From contig CAJTWQ010000001.1 in NCBI GenBank assembly GCA_910579835.1, positions 57,798 to 121,797 on the forward strand: a stretch of DNA of 64,000 nucleotides. The letters run 5' to 3'. Each line of letters starts with the position of its first letter. Position 1 is the first letter of the stretch. A program made the translations under genes and the position numbers. Shown piece after piece: positions 18,852 through 29,170 of this stretch. Under the pieces are notes generated by a model. That model worked only from the letters and a program-made list of their open reading frames with translations. It made no database searches and was not told the origin of the DNA. The DNA is from an uncultured Ruminococcus sp. (GTDB taxonomy: Bacteria; Bacillota; Clostridia; Oscillospirales; Ruminococcaceae).

Positions 18852-19691
18852 TTATGCAGCGGGGAGAATGCTTATTTCACCGAGGAGATACATTCTAAGG
18901 ATGCCTGCATCAATTTCTGTAACCGCGCCGTCCTTGAGCATATCAGCGGCTGCGATCTGTGCGCTTGTAAATTCCATTTTGCCGTTGAGGTAACGGTTCA
19001 TGAGGATGAGGTCAAAGCTGTCAACGATACCGTCTGCATTGATGTCGCCGCAAATAACTTCGTTTTTGTCTTCTGCAATGTTGTCGTTCTCTTCAAAAGT
19101 CTTGGGAGTTGTATCGGGAATTACTTCCTCAAGGGGGAGCTTCTGGCCTTCTGCTTCATAACCCTCAGGGAAAGTTACGATCTCAGCAGCCCAGTACCAT
19201 CTCTTTTCAGAGTCGGGATCAAAGTGTGCGCTTATACCAATGTGAGTTGCCTCCGGCTTTGTGATAATAGCCCAGTGACCTGCTGATTTTTTCCATGCAT
19301 TGAAGATAGTGTTCGTATTAGCGCTGCCTCTGAGGAGAATCTCTCCGGCGTTTTCACAGTTGAGTGAAGAAGCGTCGATAGCTGTTGTAAATGATGTACC
19401 GTCGGGACGTGTGTGGCTGTAAGATTCATTAGAAGATGCAATTTCGGAAGCGCGAACTTCAGCGACCTTATTGAGTTCAGGAACGATGTAAAGCGGCTCA
19501 AGTCCGAGCTCAGCTCTTGCATTGTTGAATTTTGCAGCCATTTCCTCTGCGATTTTTTCAGCGTCAATTGTTGTAGAAGCGGAAGCCTCAGCAGCCTCAG
19601 CTTTGGGAGCGCTCATAAGATTGATGAAGCAGCCAGCTGCGATCACCATTGCGGACATTATTGTAACCATTTTTCTAAAAGTCTTTTTCAT
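18852..19691 (-). CDS. Secreted CAP/SCP-domain protein with C-terminal dockerin
   Basis: Signal peptide; NNARAELGL, SHTRPDG, GEIL, WKKSAGH; dockerin GDINADGIVDSFD...ADMLKDGAVTEID. Confidence 0.88.
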   Translation of the reverse strand: MKKTFRKMVTIMSAMVIAAGCFINLMSAPKAEAAEASASTTIDAEKIAEEMAAKFNNARAELGLEPLYIVPELNKVAEVRASEIASSNESYSHTRPDGTSFTTAIDASSLNCENAGEILLRGSANTNTIFNAWKKSAGHWAIITKPEATHIGISAHFDPDSEKRWYWAAEIVTFPEGYEAEGQKLPLEEVIPDTTPKTFEENDNIAEDKNEVICGDINADGIVDSFDLILMNRYLNGKMEFTSAQIAAADMLKDGAVTEIDAGILRMYLLGEISILPAA

Positions 19692-19985
19692 AACTACACC
19701 CTCTTGTATAATTTGGTAAACGATTTTTTGTTTTTATCGTTTACTCTCTGTAATCTTTCTGTGATTACATAATACCAAAAAACAAGGGAATGAGCAAGAA
19801 AAAAGATTGTTTTTCAGCAACATGCACAATACTTGTTGCCAATTTGCACATAAATAATTATACCATAAGTATATATACTTAAGAGAAGAACAGAGGGAAA
19901 AATTTGATTAATATTTCGTTCAAAAACGTCAAATTTTAGATATGTCGCTTTTGTGTATTAGTTAATTAATTCTAAAATAATAAAA

Positions 19986-20027
19986 AATCCCCCCTGATTC
20001 ATCCGAAAAAGGAGGATCAGGGGGATG
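19986..20027 (-). terminator. Terminator of the GH74 gene
   Basis: ATCCCCCTGAT...ATCAGGGGGAT stem with an A-run on the left. Confidence 0.65.
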
Positions 20028-20039
20028 ATTAAGCATTTA

Positions 20040-22688
20040 TCAGCTTTCGGGAAGCTTGTTAATGAGATTAATCAGATATTTTTGAATGGACAGCGCATCG
20101 GCGTTTGTGAGTCCATCACCGCGGTTGGCAACATCTCCGTTGTCAATACCCTTTTTTGTTATATGCGATTTATCAGAGCCGTTAATGCCATATACGTCAG
20201 GATTTCCGATAGCCTGCATAATGAGTACGGCATCATTCAAACGAACCTCGCCGTTGCAATTGGCATCTCCGTATACAACATCCGGCTTAGGATCGCTTCC
20301 GTCAGAAAGCTCTCCGTAGACAATGCCGCAGCCTACGGTTGACATATAGACCTTGCCGAATTCATTCATATCTCCTACAAGGAAGTTTCCGTTGCCGGTA
20401 CCGCCGTAGATGTGGTCGGTATTTATGAGAACCCAGCTCTTGCCGCCGTCTGTGGAGCGGTAGATACCCTCATGGTCGGTTTCATCAGGACGTCCGTACA
20501 TGAAAAGTGTATTGGGATCGCCTTCCTTTTCAGGAGCGCCATAGCCGATGGTTTTACAGTAGAACACGTCTGTTTTTTCAGCCTTTGTGCCTTTTTCTGT
20601 TAAGATGTAAAGACCGTTCCAGCCAGCCGCCATAGCAACCGTGTCGGACTTGATATAAGCCGGATCGCCTGTGTGGTCGCACATATCGTACTTGCAGACA
20701 GGATTATCCTCCCATGTCTTACCGCCGTCATGGCTTACATACATGGAGTAGTGGCATTCGTCAAAGGTAGGTTCTTTTTTGGACGTATCGGAAGCCCAGT
20801 ACTGGTTATAAACCACTACTGATGCATAGACCAGCAGCGGATCTTCGGGGTCAACAAGGAAATATGTGGGCTTGTTGCCGCTTGAATCAATTCCATCCGC
20901 CGTTTTCCATGTCTGACCGAGGTCGTCGGAATAGGAAACAGCGCCGCTTTCCTTGCCCGATTTGAGGAACCTATATTTGCCCTCGCCAAGCTTTACAACA
21001 GCAGCTTTGCCGCCGGAGGAGGGCTTCATGCCTTCCCATGTCTTACCGCCGTCGAGAGTGTAGTAGCCGCTTGCGGTATTGTTGCCGTCACCTTCCGCAA
21101 TGCGTATCATGACGTTGGGGTCTTGCGGACAGTAGGCAATAGCAGCGGTCGAACCCATATTTGGTTGGTACTGTTCAGGGATAGATGTGGTATCATTGTG
21201 GATAAAACCGTCGTAGTCGCCTATAGCGGAATATGCAGCTCCTCCGGGAACGCTTACGAAATCGAGACAAACAACTTCTTCAACTCCGTCAGGCTGGAAA
21301 TAGAACTGAATGTCCTTTTCATCCCATACGTTGTCGCAGGCAAAAACGCCGTTTCCGGAGGTGAGGAGGATCCTGTCGGGATCTCTCGGATCAAGAAGGA
21401 TTCCGCTTCCCCAGTGGCATGCCTTGCCGTATACCCAGTCGTAGCCGCCTGTTGACATAGGCAGTGAAATGAATACCTTGTAAGGATCACCATCGCCGTA
21501 AATGGTTTCGCCCTGACCAGGAGTAATATCCGTCCATGTTTTTCCACCGTCGGTAGAACGGTAGAAGTGATCGCCCCAGGCGATGCTGGTATCAGTCCAT
21601 TCTTTTTCATACCATTGGTCAGACCACATTCCGCAGGTTCTTGCCAAAAGCTTGTCAGGATCCTTTTCGTCGGCTTCGATCATTCCAATAGCGTTGCCGC
21701 AGGGGGAGATATCGGTTACTGTGCCGTCGGAAATATTATACTTAAATGCGCCGCCGGCATTTCCGGAAAATGCAAGACCGGCAATATAGGTGAAGAAGAT
21801 ATTGCCGTTATGATCGCTTGTGATAGAACAGGGATAGTTTGCCGTAGGGAGATCCTTGCTCAGCTCGGTGAATTTGTCGTCCTTTACGCTGGCAACGTGA
21901 ATGTTGGCCTGACCTGTAACCGAGGTTCCGACGTAAACCTTGCCGCCCTCGATAAGAATGCAGCCTATTCCGTTCTGCTGATTGTATTCCTTTGACGGTT
22001 CCGTGCCTCGTACCATATTTTCGGTCCACATAGGATATTTAAGTTCGCCGGGGAACAGTCCGAGATCATCGTAGCCCATGACGGGATTCCATGTCTTTCC
22101 TCCGTCGGTAGACTTGATAAGAGCCGATTTGCCTGCGGTAACATCGCCGCCGGCATAAATAGTATCAGTGTTGTCAGGGTCGATAGCTATAGGTTCGATG
22201 CATTCGCGTCCGTCTCCGTTGCCGTGTACCTGAATATGTTCGGTAACATCAGCTTCGGTAAAGGTTTTTCCTCCGTCGGTGGTCTTGAAGATCACTGTTC
22301 TCGCGTCTGAGAAATATGCGCATCCGCAGAGGAAATATACCGTGTCATCGTCCTTAGGATCTATAGCGATTCCCTTTACGCTGAGGAGACCTCTGTCTGC
22401 TTCGGTCAGGAAACCGAAGAGCTGATCCCACTGCTTTGTCTCGTAGTTATACTTGTACGCACCGCCGACATCGGTACGGAGGTACATTTCTTTTTGTCCT
22501 GTAACAATGCCGGAAACGAAGCCGGCGCCGCCGATTTTTAATGTTCCCCATTTCATGTCAGTTCTTATGTCCCCCGATGCCGCGTATACAGTGCTGTCCT
22601 CTGAGATGGGCGTCCCTGAAAAAGGGATGGCGGCGGTTCCGATGCATACGGCAAAAAAACCTGCCAGAGTCTTTTTCATTAAATTCAT
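20040..22688 (-). CDS. Cellulosomal GH74 xyloglucanase with dockerin
   Basis: GGAGFVSGI, RTDVGG, GDYDG, repeated STDGGKTW Asp-box motifs; dockerin YGDANCNGEVRLND...GDVANRGDGLTNAD. Confidence 0.92.
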   Translation of the reverse strand: MNLMKKTLAGFFAVCIGTAAIPFSGTPISEDSTVYAASGDIRTDMKWGTLKIGGAGFVSGIVTGQKEMYLRTDVGGAYKYNYETKQWDQLFGFLTEADRGLLSVKGIAIDPKDDDTVYFLCGCAYFSDARTVIFKTTDGGKTFTEADVTEHIQVHGNGDGRECIEPIAIDPDNTDTIYAGGDVTAGKSALIKSTDGGKTWNPVMGYDDLGLFPGELKYPMWTENMVRGTEPSKEYNQQNGIGCILIEGGKVYVGTSVTGQANIHVASVKDDKFTELSKDLPTANYPCSITSDHNGNIFFTYIAGLAFSGNAGGAFKYNISDGTVTDISPCGNAIGMIEADEKDPDKLLARTCGMWSDQWYEKEWTDTSIAWGDHFYRSTDGGKTWTDITPGQGETIYGDGDPYKVFISLPMSTGGYDWVYGKACHWGSGILLDPRDPDRILLTSGNGVFACDNVWDEKDIQFYFQPDGVEEVVCLDFVSVPGGAAYSAIGDYDGFIHNDTTSIPEQYQPNMGSTAAIAYCPQDPNVMIRIAEGDGNNTASGYYTLDGGKTWEGMKPSSGGKAAVVKLGEGKYRFLKSGKESGAVSYSDDLGQTWKTADGIDSSGNKPTYFLVDPEDPLLVYASVVVYNQYWASDTSKKEPTFDECHYSMYVSHDGGKTWEDNPVCKYDMCDHTGDPAYIKSDTVAMAAGWNGLYILTEKGTKAEKTDVFYCKTIGYGAPEKEGDPNTLFMYGRPDETDHEGIYRSTDGGKSWVLINTDHIYGGTGNGNFLVGDMNEFGKVYMSTVGCGIVYGELSDGSDPKPDVVYGDANCNGEVRLNDAVLIMQAIGNPDVYGINGSDKSHITKKGIDNGDVANRGDGLTNADALSIQKYLINLINKLPES

Positions 22689-22748
22689 TCTCTTTTCCTC
22701 CTGCTTTCAGATATGATTTCGGATCTGCCTATGATCCGCTTTGCATAA

Positions 22749-22904
22749 TACTAAATCTACTTTAAAATAGCCGATCTTAACAGATGCAATCACGTCGTTC
22801 GGCGTTAAGCAGCCTTGAAAAACGACAGTATGTCTGCGGCAGCTTTTCTTAATTGACGAAATTCTATCTGTCAATCTTGCCTATATTTCAAAACGGAATT
22901 AGTA
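22749..22904. mobile_element. Degenerate MITE-like element in the GH74 5' leader
   Basis: Imperfect TIRs TACTAAATCTACTTTAAAATA / ATATTTCAAAACGGAATTAGTA; lies between a TTGACA-17-TAAAAT promoter (minus, ~22935-22963) and the start codon. Confidence 0.55.
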
Positions 22905-23059
22905 TAAGATCTCTCTGAAAATATTTATAATTTTATTTTAGCATACTTTTTATTAGCTGTCAAGATGCAAATTTGCCGGTTTTTACCGCGTATGGTGGAA
23001 TAAATGAATAGTGAAAATAACCGTATATAATGAAAAAAGCCTGCGCAGTGCAGGCAATT

Positions 23060-23277
23060 GGTATGCCTTTTTTTTTCACGTTCCGCAGAAAGCATTTATA
23101 CTGTAATGCAATGTATTCTGTATCTAATGTCTTTGGCGGTCTGATATTCATTAAAGAACGCAGCAGCCGTCTTTGTTCAGGAATATTATTGAGGAACTGA
23201 TCCGCGCTTTGCTTGTACATCGGCATTTTAGCAAGGAGAAAATGATTCAGCTTTTTGATTTGTTCAAGTCTGCTCAT
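23060..23277 (-). pseudogene. Truncated N-terminus of a macro-domain (protein-ADP-ribose hydrolase-like) gene
   Basis: EQRRLLRSLMNIRPP...EYIALQ resembles the N-terminal extension of Firmicutes macro-domain hydrolases; the macro core is absent. Confidence 0.55.
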
Positions 23278-23384
23278 ATTATCACTCCTAAGAGCGTGTT
23301 TATTTCTTTAGAACCTGTCCGCGTAGAAGTCTGCGTATTCCTGTGCGGACAGGCTTTTAATATAAAACAGCTTATTCTCCGGTA

Positions 23385-24182
23385 TTACGCAAAGAAGAAT
23401 CCTGTCGTCATATCAAGATAATTTTCACCGCTGTATTCGGGATACTTTTCCTGAACCTTTGCTTTGAACTCCTTGCCGTTTTCACACTCGCAGGCAATCT
23501 CTTTCAGGTCTTTCAGATAATCTATCTTTGCTTGAGCGTCTTTCAGATCTTCCGGAGTATAATGCGAAGTCAGTACCAGATCAAATCCTTTGCGGATGTA
23601 ATAATTAAGCTGAGAAATCATGCCGTCAGCATGAGGTGCGCCTGCAACAATAGAATGACAATCGTGACCAAGCATATGTGTGTAAACGCAGTTGATCTCC
23701 GGGATCTCAATGTCATAAGCTTCAGCAGTTGATGTAATAATCATTTTAATACCTGCGATTTCAATTTCTCCGTCCCCAATTACATCTGTAGTTTCGCAAA
23801 TTGAAGAATCAAATATCTCTCCGAATGCGCCTTTGAAGTTATTTACAAGTCCTGCACCACCGCCGTTGGTATTGTAATCTACAGCGGATTTTGTGCCGTA
23901 TGCCGGAACAGCGGGGAGAAAGCTTGCGCCTGCCGCATGATATGCAGTCATTTTTGCAGCAATCTCGATACTTTCTTTTTCCAAATATTCTGTCAGCTCC
24001 GCAATGTTATCGAAGAAACAGGGCAGCTCGATGATAACTCCTTTGCCGTTCTTGACAACAATAAATACCTCGTCGTCGATAAAATCGTTTGTTTTGTAAG
24101 CGTGAAGCTTGATCTCTCCGAAGTCGTAAACATTGACCTCTCCTTTAGCAAGTGTCACCTTTGTAAATGCATTCTTGTTCAT
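23385..24182 (-). CDS. Conserved protein, probable metallo-beta-lactamase-like fold
   Basis: AYH, LTSHY motifs; divergent from an HxlR regulator; GGAGG RBS. Confidence 0.65.
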   Translation of the reverse strand: MNKNAFTKVTLAKGEVNVYDFGEIKLHAYKTNDFIDDEVFIVVKNGKGVIIELPCFFDNIAELTEYLEKESIEIAAKMTAYHAAGASFLPAVPAYGTKSAVDYNTNGGGAGLVNNFKGAFGEIFDSSICETTDVIGDGEIEIAGIKMIITSTAEAYDIEIPEINCVYTHMLGHDCHSIVAGAPHADGMISQLNYYIRKGFDLVLTSHYTPEDLKDAQAKIDYLKDLKEIACECENGKEFKAKVQEKYPEYSGENYLDMTTGFFFA

Positions 24183-24263
24183 AGTAAAACCTCCATAAAT
24201 ATTATTTTTCAGGATTTTGTGTCCTTCTGTGATTTCAGTATATCATAGTATTTTTTGTTCTAC

Positions 24264-24292
24264 AAGTACGCACTTTTAAGTAACATAGTTAC
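24264..24292. promoter_or_regulatory. Probable operator for the HxlR-family regulator
   Basis: Palindromes AAGT-ACGC-ACTT and GTAAC-ATA-GTTAC overlapping or just upstream of the -35 of the divergent gene. Confidence 0.5.
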
Positions 24293-24425
24293 CGCAAAGT
24301 AACGATTGCGCAATTTGGAGCAGGAACGAACTGTAAACATTTTATGAACAGAAAACTTGACAGATTCAGTGCAATAATGTATAATAAAATGTAAAATCCA
24401 AATTTAATGTATTGGAGGAATTACC

Positions 24426-24752
24426 ATGCTGAAAAGAGAAGATTTGCCTGCTTGCCCGGTTGAAACAACGCTTATGCTTGTTGGAAGCAAGTGGAAACTG
24501 CTCATTATGCGAAATCTATTTGTGCGTCCATGGAGATTCAACGAACTGAAAAACAATCTTACAGGCGTCAGTCAGAAAGTCCTTACCGATAGCCTGAGGG
24601 CGATGGAGGCGAACGGAATTGTCAGCCGCATGGTATTTGCCGAGGTGCCGCCGCGGGTAGAATATTCCCTGACGGATTTGGGACGTTCAATGAAGCCTAT
24701 TCTGGATTCACTGGAAGCGTGGGGGGCTAATTATAAAAAGAATATGAAATAA
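24426..24752 (+). CDS. HxlR family winged-helix regulator
   Basis: CPVETTL..GSKWK, RFNEL, VPPRVEYSLT; TTGACA-17-TATAAT promoter at 24357-24385. Confidence 0.93.
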   Translation: MLKREDLPACPVETTLMLVGSKWKLLIMRNLFVRPWRFNELKNNLTGVSQKVLTDSLRAMEANGIVSRMVFAEVPPRVEYSLTDLGRSMKPILDSLEAWGANYKKNMK

Positions 24753-24853
24753 GCCCCTGTCCATATAGAAAATGTGGACAGGGACTAAGAAGCAGTGACC
24801 ATTGACCTGTGGTTATATCACAACACATTGAATTTGTAAAGGACGGAATTCAA

Positions 24854-26890
24854 TTATCCTGTAATCCCTTTATCGAAAAGACGAAGCACATCCATTTTGA
24901 GCACCCGGTTTTCCGGCTTTGAAAGTGAAGGATCATCCCTCAAAAGCTCTACTGCGCAGTTCTGCGCCATTTCCATAAGCTCCATATTACAGGCAATATC
25001 CGCAATTTTCAGTGGCGGAAGTCCGTGCTGCGCACTGCCGAAAAAATCGCCGGGACCTCTCATTTTAAGATCTTCCTCAGAGATTTTGAAACCATCCGTA
25101 GTTGAAGACATTATTTTCATTCTTTTAACACATTCTTCCGTGGTGTTGTCGGTAATGAGAATACAGGAGCTTTCAAACTGTCCTCTTCCTACTCGTCCGC
25201 GCAGCTGATGAAGCTGTGAAAGCCCGAATCTTTCGGCATTTTCAATTACCATGACCGCCGCATTGGGTACATCAACGCCCACCTCCACGACAGTCGTGCA
25301 GATTAATACCTGAATTTCGCCGTCACGGAACTTCTTCATGGTCTTATCCTTTTCGGCGGCATTCATCTTTCCGTGAAGCAGAGCCGTGGAATATCCCTTT
25401 AAATCGCCATTTTGTGCATTCTCCGCATAGGATGTCACCGCAAAAAGCTCGCTGTCGCTGTCCTCTATCATGGGACAGATCACATATGCCTGACGTCCCT
25501 CGTCCAGCTTTTTCCGTACGAAACCAAAAGCACGGCTGCGGAGCTTTCCTGTAACCGCATATGTCCGGACAGGGCTTCTCCCGTTCGGAAGCTGTTTTAT
25601 TGCCGATATATCAAGATCGCCGTATATGATAAGCGCCAGCGTCCTCGGAATAGGCGTTGCAGACATTACAAGCTTGTGGGGGAATCTGCCTTTTTCCGCC
25701 AGGGCAGCCCTCTGTTCTACACCGAAACGATGCTGTTCGTCGGTAATGACAAGTCCGAGAGATCTATAGATTACATCTTTTTGAATAATTGCATGTGTTC
25801 CAACTATGACGTCCGCTTCGCCCTGTTCGATTTTTGCGCGCAGGGCGGTTTTTTTCTTTGCAGTCAGAGAGCCGGTCAGCAGACAGACACGAATGCCGAA
25901 TCCCTCCAGAAAACCGTTAAGAGTTCGGAAATGCTGAGAAGCAAGTATCTCTGTGGGCGCCATAAGCGCTGCCTGAACGCCGTTTTTAGCTGCAAAATAA
26001 CAGGCGGCAGCGGCAACGGCTGTCTTTCCGCTTCCTACGTCTCCCTGCAAAAGCCTGTTCATAGGTACATCCCGGCACATATCGTCAATGATTTCCCGAA
26101 CAGCCTTTTTCTGATCCTCCGTCATTTCAAAAGGCAGATTTGTTTCAAATTCCTGATAATCAATATTTTTGTTCATTTTAAAAGCGGTATTCTGCCGGCT
26201 TCCGTTTTTCATTATGGACATTCCAAGCTGCAATTTCAGCAGTTCGTCAAAAGCAAGACGCTTTCTTGCGGTTTCTGCGGCGGCGTCGCTTTCGGGGAAA
26301 TGAATATTTTCCAGCGACCAGTCCAGGGGACTTAAACTGTATCTGCGGCGGATGATTTCCGGCAGACTTTCAACAGGCTCGTCGTGAAGAAGATCGAGAG
26401 CCTGCTGCATATTTGTTCTTACCATACTTACCGAAAGTCCCTGGGTCAGACGGTATACCGGCTGTATCAGCACTTTTTCATCCGAACGTATATAGACCGG
26501 AGATGAAATTTCCTTGCGCAGAAAATTTCCGGAGACCTTGCCGTACATATAGTAGGTTTCTCCTTCTTTCAAGGTCTGAAATCCGTAAACATTGTTGTAG
26601 ATAACCACAAGTATATCATCGCAGCCGTCGCTTGCCGCCGCCTTGCATATAACAAGCCCGCCCTTAATACGCTGAGGCGGAAGTCTGTGAAGGATCGTAA
26701 GCTTCAGCACGCTGTATTCGTTAAGCGGAGCCTGACACACCGGAACGTGAGTACGGAAGTCAAGGTATGTTCTGGGTATATGATATATAAGCTCATAGGG
26801 AGAATTGATGCCCAGTTTCCGGTATTTTTCACCCCTTGCGCTTCCTACGCCTTTAAGATATTCTATCTGACCGAAAAGCTTCGATGACAA
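24854..26890 (-). CDS. recG: ATP-dependent DNA helicase RecG
   Basis: LKGVG, QGDVGSGKT, DEQHRFG, SATPIPRT, QLRGRVGRG; TTG start after GAGGAG. Confidence 0.96.
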   Translation of the reverse strand: MSSKLFGQIEYLKGVGSARGEKYRKLGINSPYELIYHIPRTYLDFRTHVPVCQAPLNEYSVLKLTILHRLPPQRIKGGLVICKAAASDGCDDILVVIYNNVYGFQTLKEGETYYMYGKVSGNFLRKEISSPVYIRSDEKVLIQPVYRLTQGLSVSMVRTNMQQALDLLHDEPVESLPEIIRRRYSLSPLDWSLENIHFPESDAAAETARKRLAFDELLKLQLGMSIMKNGSRQNTAFKMNKNIDYQEFETNLPFEMTEDQKKAVREIIDDMCRDVPMNRLLQGDVGSGKTAVAAAACYFAAKNGVQAALMAPTEILASQHFRTLNGFLEGFGIRVCLLTGSLTAKKKTALRAKIEQGEADVIVGTHAIIQKDVIYRSLGLVITDEQHRFGVEQRAALAEKGRFPHKLVMSATPIPRTLALIIYGDLDISAIKQLPNGRSPVRTYAVTGKLRSRAFGFVRKKLDEGRQAYVICPMIEDSDSELFAVTSYAENAQNGDLKGYSTALLHGKMNAAEKDKTMKKFRDGEIQVLICTTVVEVGVDVPNAAVMVIENAERFGLSQLHQLRGRVGRGQFESSCILITDNTTEECVKRMKIMSSTTDGFKISEEDLKMRGPGDFFGSAQHGLPPLKIADIACNMELMEMAQNCAVELLRDDPSLSKPENRVLKMDVLRLFDKGITG

Positions 26891-26941
26891 CGGTTTCACT
26901 CCTCTCTCAGAGCCAGTGCAGAAAGATCCCGAACAGGCTCT

Positions 26942-26979
26942 TAAGGCGCCGCTGCACAATTTTGTGCGGTGTTGCCTTA
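26942..26979. repeat. Palindromic repeat unit, partial copy at ~57945-57970
   Basis: TAAGGCGCCGCTGCACAA-TT-TTGTGCGGTGTTGCCTTA; right arm TTTGTGCGGTG(C/T)TGCCTTA recurs at 57952-57970. Confidence 0.65.
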
Positions 26980-27139
26980 TACTAATTTCTGTCTAAAACC
27001 GGTGCATCTTTGTGAATATCCCGTACCTGTTGCTGTGTCAAACCTCCTCGACATACGTCAAGTATGGCTTCGTCGCTTTTCCTTGCAGCAGGCACGGTCT
27101 ATTCGTAAATCTTGCACTGCTTTTAGACAGAAATTAATA
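26980..27139. mobile_element. MITE-like element
   Basis: 19-bp TIR TACTAATTTCTGTCTAAAA / TTTTAGACAGAAATTAATA (1 mismatch); core CTGTGTCA...CATACG..GTATG...CCTTG shared with other copies. Confidence 0.75.
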
Positions 27140-27191
27140 TTAAAAATCAAAGGACGGACTTTCCGTCCGTCCCGAAAATCAAATTTTCACC

Positions 27192-27452
27192 TTATCTCTG
27201 CTCACAGATCAGCTTAATAGCTGTTCTTTCCTCGCCGTCAATCTGAATATTGGCAAAAGCCGGTATACAAATAAGGTCAATTCCGATAGGAGCGAGATAA
27301 CCTCTTGCAATAGCAATAGCCTTAATAGCCTGATTTGCAGCGCCTGCGCCTACAGCCTGAACTTCAACTGCTCTGCGTTCTCTGATAACACCTGCCACCG
27401 CACCGGCAACTTTATTTGGTGATGAATTGGATTTTACTTTTAAAACTTCCAT
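27192..27452 (-). CDS. spoVS: Stage V sporulation protein S
   Basis: MEVLKV..SSPNKVAGA, QAVGAGAANQAIKAIAIARG, EERTAIK. Confidence 0.96.
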   Translation of the reverse strand: MEVLKVKSNSSPNKVAGAVAGVIRERRAVEVQAVGAGAANQAIKAIAIARGYLAPIGIDLICIPAFANIQIDGEERTAIKLICEQR

Positions 27453-27587
27453 GGTAATAACCCTCCTGTGAGTAAATTCGTTTGTACATTTTTTATTATA
27501 TGTAATTTGCAGGAGCTTTTTTCACCTGCTTTATTATGATAACATACTTTTTTGAAAATTGCAAGTAGTTAAATTAAATTTTGTGTA

Positions 27588-28358
27588 TTATCTCACATTT
27601 ATTCTTTCAATTTTGTGCGATTTGCCGCTTTTTTCATCAAAAGTCACCACGATTCCGCACAAAAAACTTTTCTCCTCCGATTCTCTGAACTTCACCGGCA
27701 TACGGAAACGCAGTCTGTCCAATGCAGGTTTTATCTCAACGCCGAGACAGGAATACTCCGGTCCCGTCATTCCCGCATCGGTTATATACGCGGTCCCGTT
27801 CCGCAGAATGCACTCGTCGGCGGTCTGTACATGAGTATGCGTTCCGATAACTCCGGTCACCTTTCCGTCAAGATAAAATCCCATAGCTTTCTTTTCCGAA
27901 GTAGCCTCGGCATGAAAATCCAGAAAAATATTCCTTGTTTCAATATTTTCCAGAACTTCGTCAATTTTGGAAAACGGATTATCCAGAGGATCCATTCCCA
28001 CTGTTCCCATAAGATTTATTACCGCCACGGAAAACGTTCCCATATCAAGAACGCATATGCCTTTTCCCACGCATCCACCGTCGGGATAGTTTGCAGGACG
28101 TATAATATAATCTTTATTATATATTTCCAGAGCCTCACGGCGGCGGAAGGCATGATTTCCGGTGGTAATTATATCGGCGCCTGCGGTCAGTATCGCATTA
28201 GCAGACTGTGATGTGATTCCATTTCCCTGAGCAGAATTTTCACCGTTTACCACGGTAACGTCAATGCCATATTCACGTTTTATGCCGTGAAGCCTTGTCC
28301 TTAACAATTCACAGCCGGCTCTGCCTACGACGTCGCCTATAAAAAGCAGTTTTTTCAC
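27588..28358 (-). CDS. ymdB: YmdB-like metallophosphoesterase
   Basis: FIGDVVG, NGEN, TGNH, DFHAEATSEK, GTHTHVQTAD; synteny with spoVS. Confidence 0.93.
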   Translation of the reverse strand: MKKLLFIGDVVGRAGCELLRTRLHGIKREYGIDVTVVNGENSAQGNGITSQSANAILTAGADIITTGNHAFRRREALEIYNKDYIIRPANYPDGGCVGKGICVLDMGTFSVAVINLMGTVGMDPLDNPFSKIDEVLENIETRNIFLDFHAEATSEKKAMGFYLDGKVTGVIGTHTHVQTADECILRNGTAYITDAGMTGPEYSCLGVEIKPALDRLRFRMPVKFRESEEKSFLCGIVVTFDEKSGKSHKIERINVR

Positions 28359-29170
28359 TTTCCGTCACTCCCTGTACCGATAAGATTTTCAGCGTTTCTA
28401 TAAAAAATAAGCTCTCTTTCCCGATCTGTTAGAGTCAGACGGTTAATTGCGGCAATCTCGTTTGTCGGATCGTCCCATGGGCAGTCGCTGCCGTAAAGCA
28501 CTCTTTCCGCTCCCTGAAGTTTTATTATCCGGAGCATTCGGTCATCCTCGATATACTTTGCCACTACTCCGGTATCTATCCAGAGATTCTCAAATTTTCC
28601 GGCTATGTATCGTTCCACATCATCCCACAGCATCATTCCGCCCAGATGAGCAGCTACGATCTTCAGACGAGGAAATTCCTTTGCTATAACGGAAAAACTT
28701 TTCGGAGACGCCTTTATTTCCCCTTGTCCGTAGGGATCCCAGCCACCGTGAAAAACAGCTATAAGACCCAGACGTTCCATTTCCTCATAAACAGGAAACA
28801 TTCTTTCCTCGTCCGGACAGAAAAACTGATACTCCGAATGAAATTTCACTCCGTATAGTCCAAGCTCCTTTATGCGGCGGACTTCCTGTATTTTATCTTC
28901 GGCGTTAGGATGAACTGAACCGCAGCAGAGAATTTCCCCGTCCATAATGTCTGCTGCCCAGTTGTTGATAGTATGCTGCTGCGCAGGCTTTGTGGCAATG
29001 GGAAGAATCATTGCACCGGATATATCATTTTTTCTTAATATTTTTTTCAGACCATGCAGAGTTCCGTCAGTAGCCGGAATTATACTGCTTGTTTCACTCA
29101 GACCTTTCATTGCACGTTCTGCAAGAGAATCGGTAAATGCGTGAACATGAAAATCAAAATATTTCATCAT
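28355..29170 (-). CDS. Amidohydrolase (TIM-barrel metal-dependent hydrolase)
   Basis: DFHVH, GVKFH, AAHLGG, YGSDCPW. Confidence 0.88.
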   Translation of the reverse strand: MMKYFDFHVHAFTDSLAERAMKGLSETSSIIPATDGTLHGLKKILRKNDISGAMILPIATKPAQQHTINNWAADIMDGEILCCGSVHPNAEDKIQEVRRIKELGLYGVKFHSEYQFFCPDEERMFPVYEEMERLGLIAVFHGGWDPYGQGEIKASPKSFSVIAKEFPRLKIVAAHLGGMMLWDDVERYIAGKFENLWIDTGVVAKYIEDDRMLRIIKLQGAERVLYGSDCPWDDPTNEIAAINRLTLTDRERELIFYRNAENLIGTGSDGK

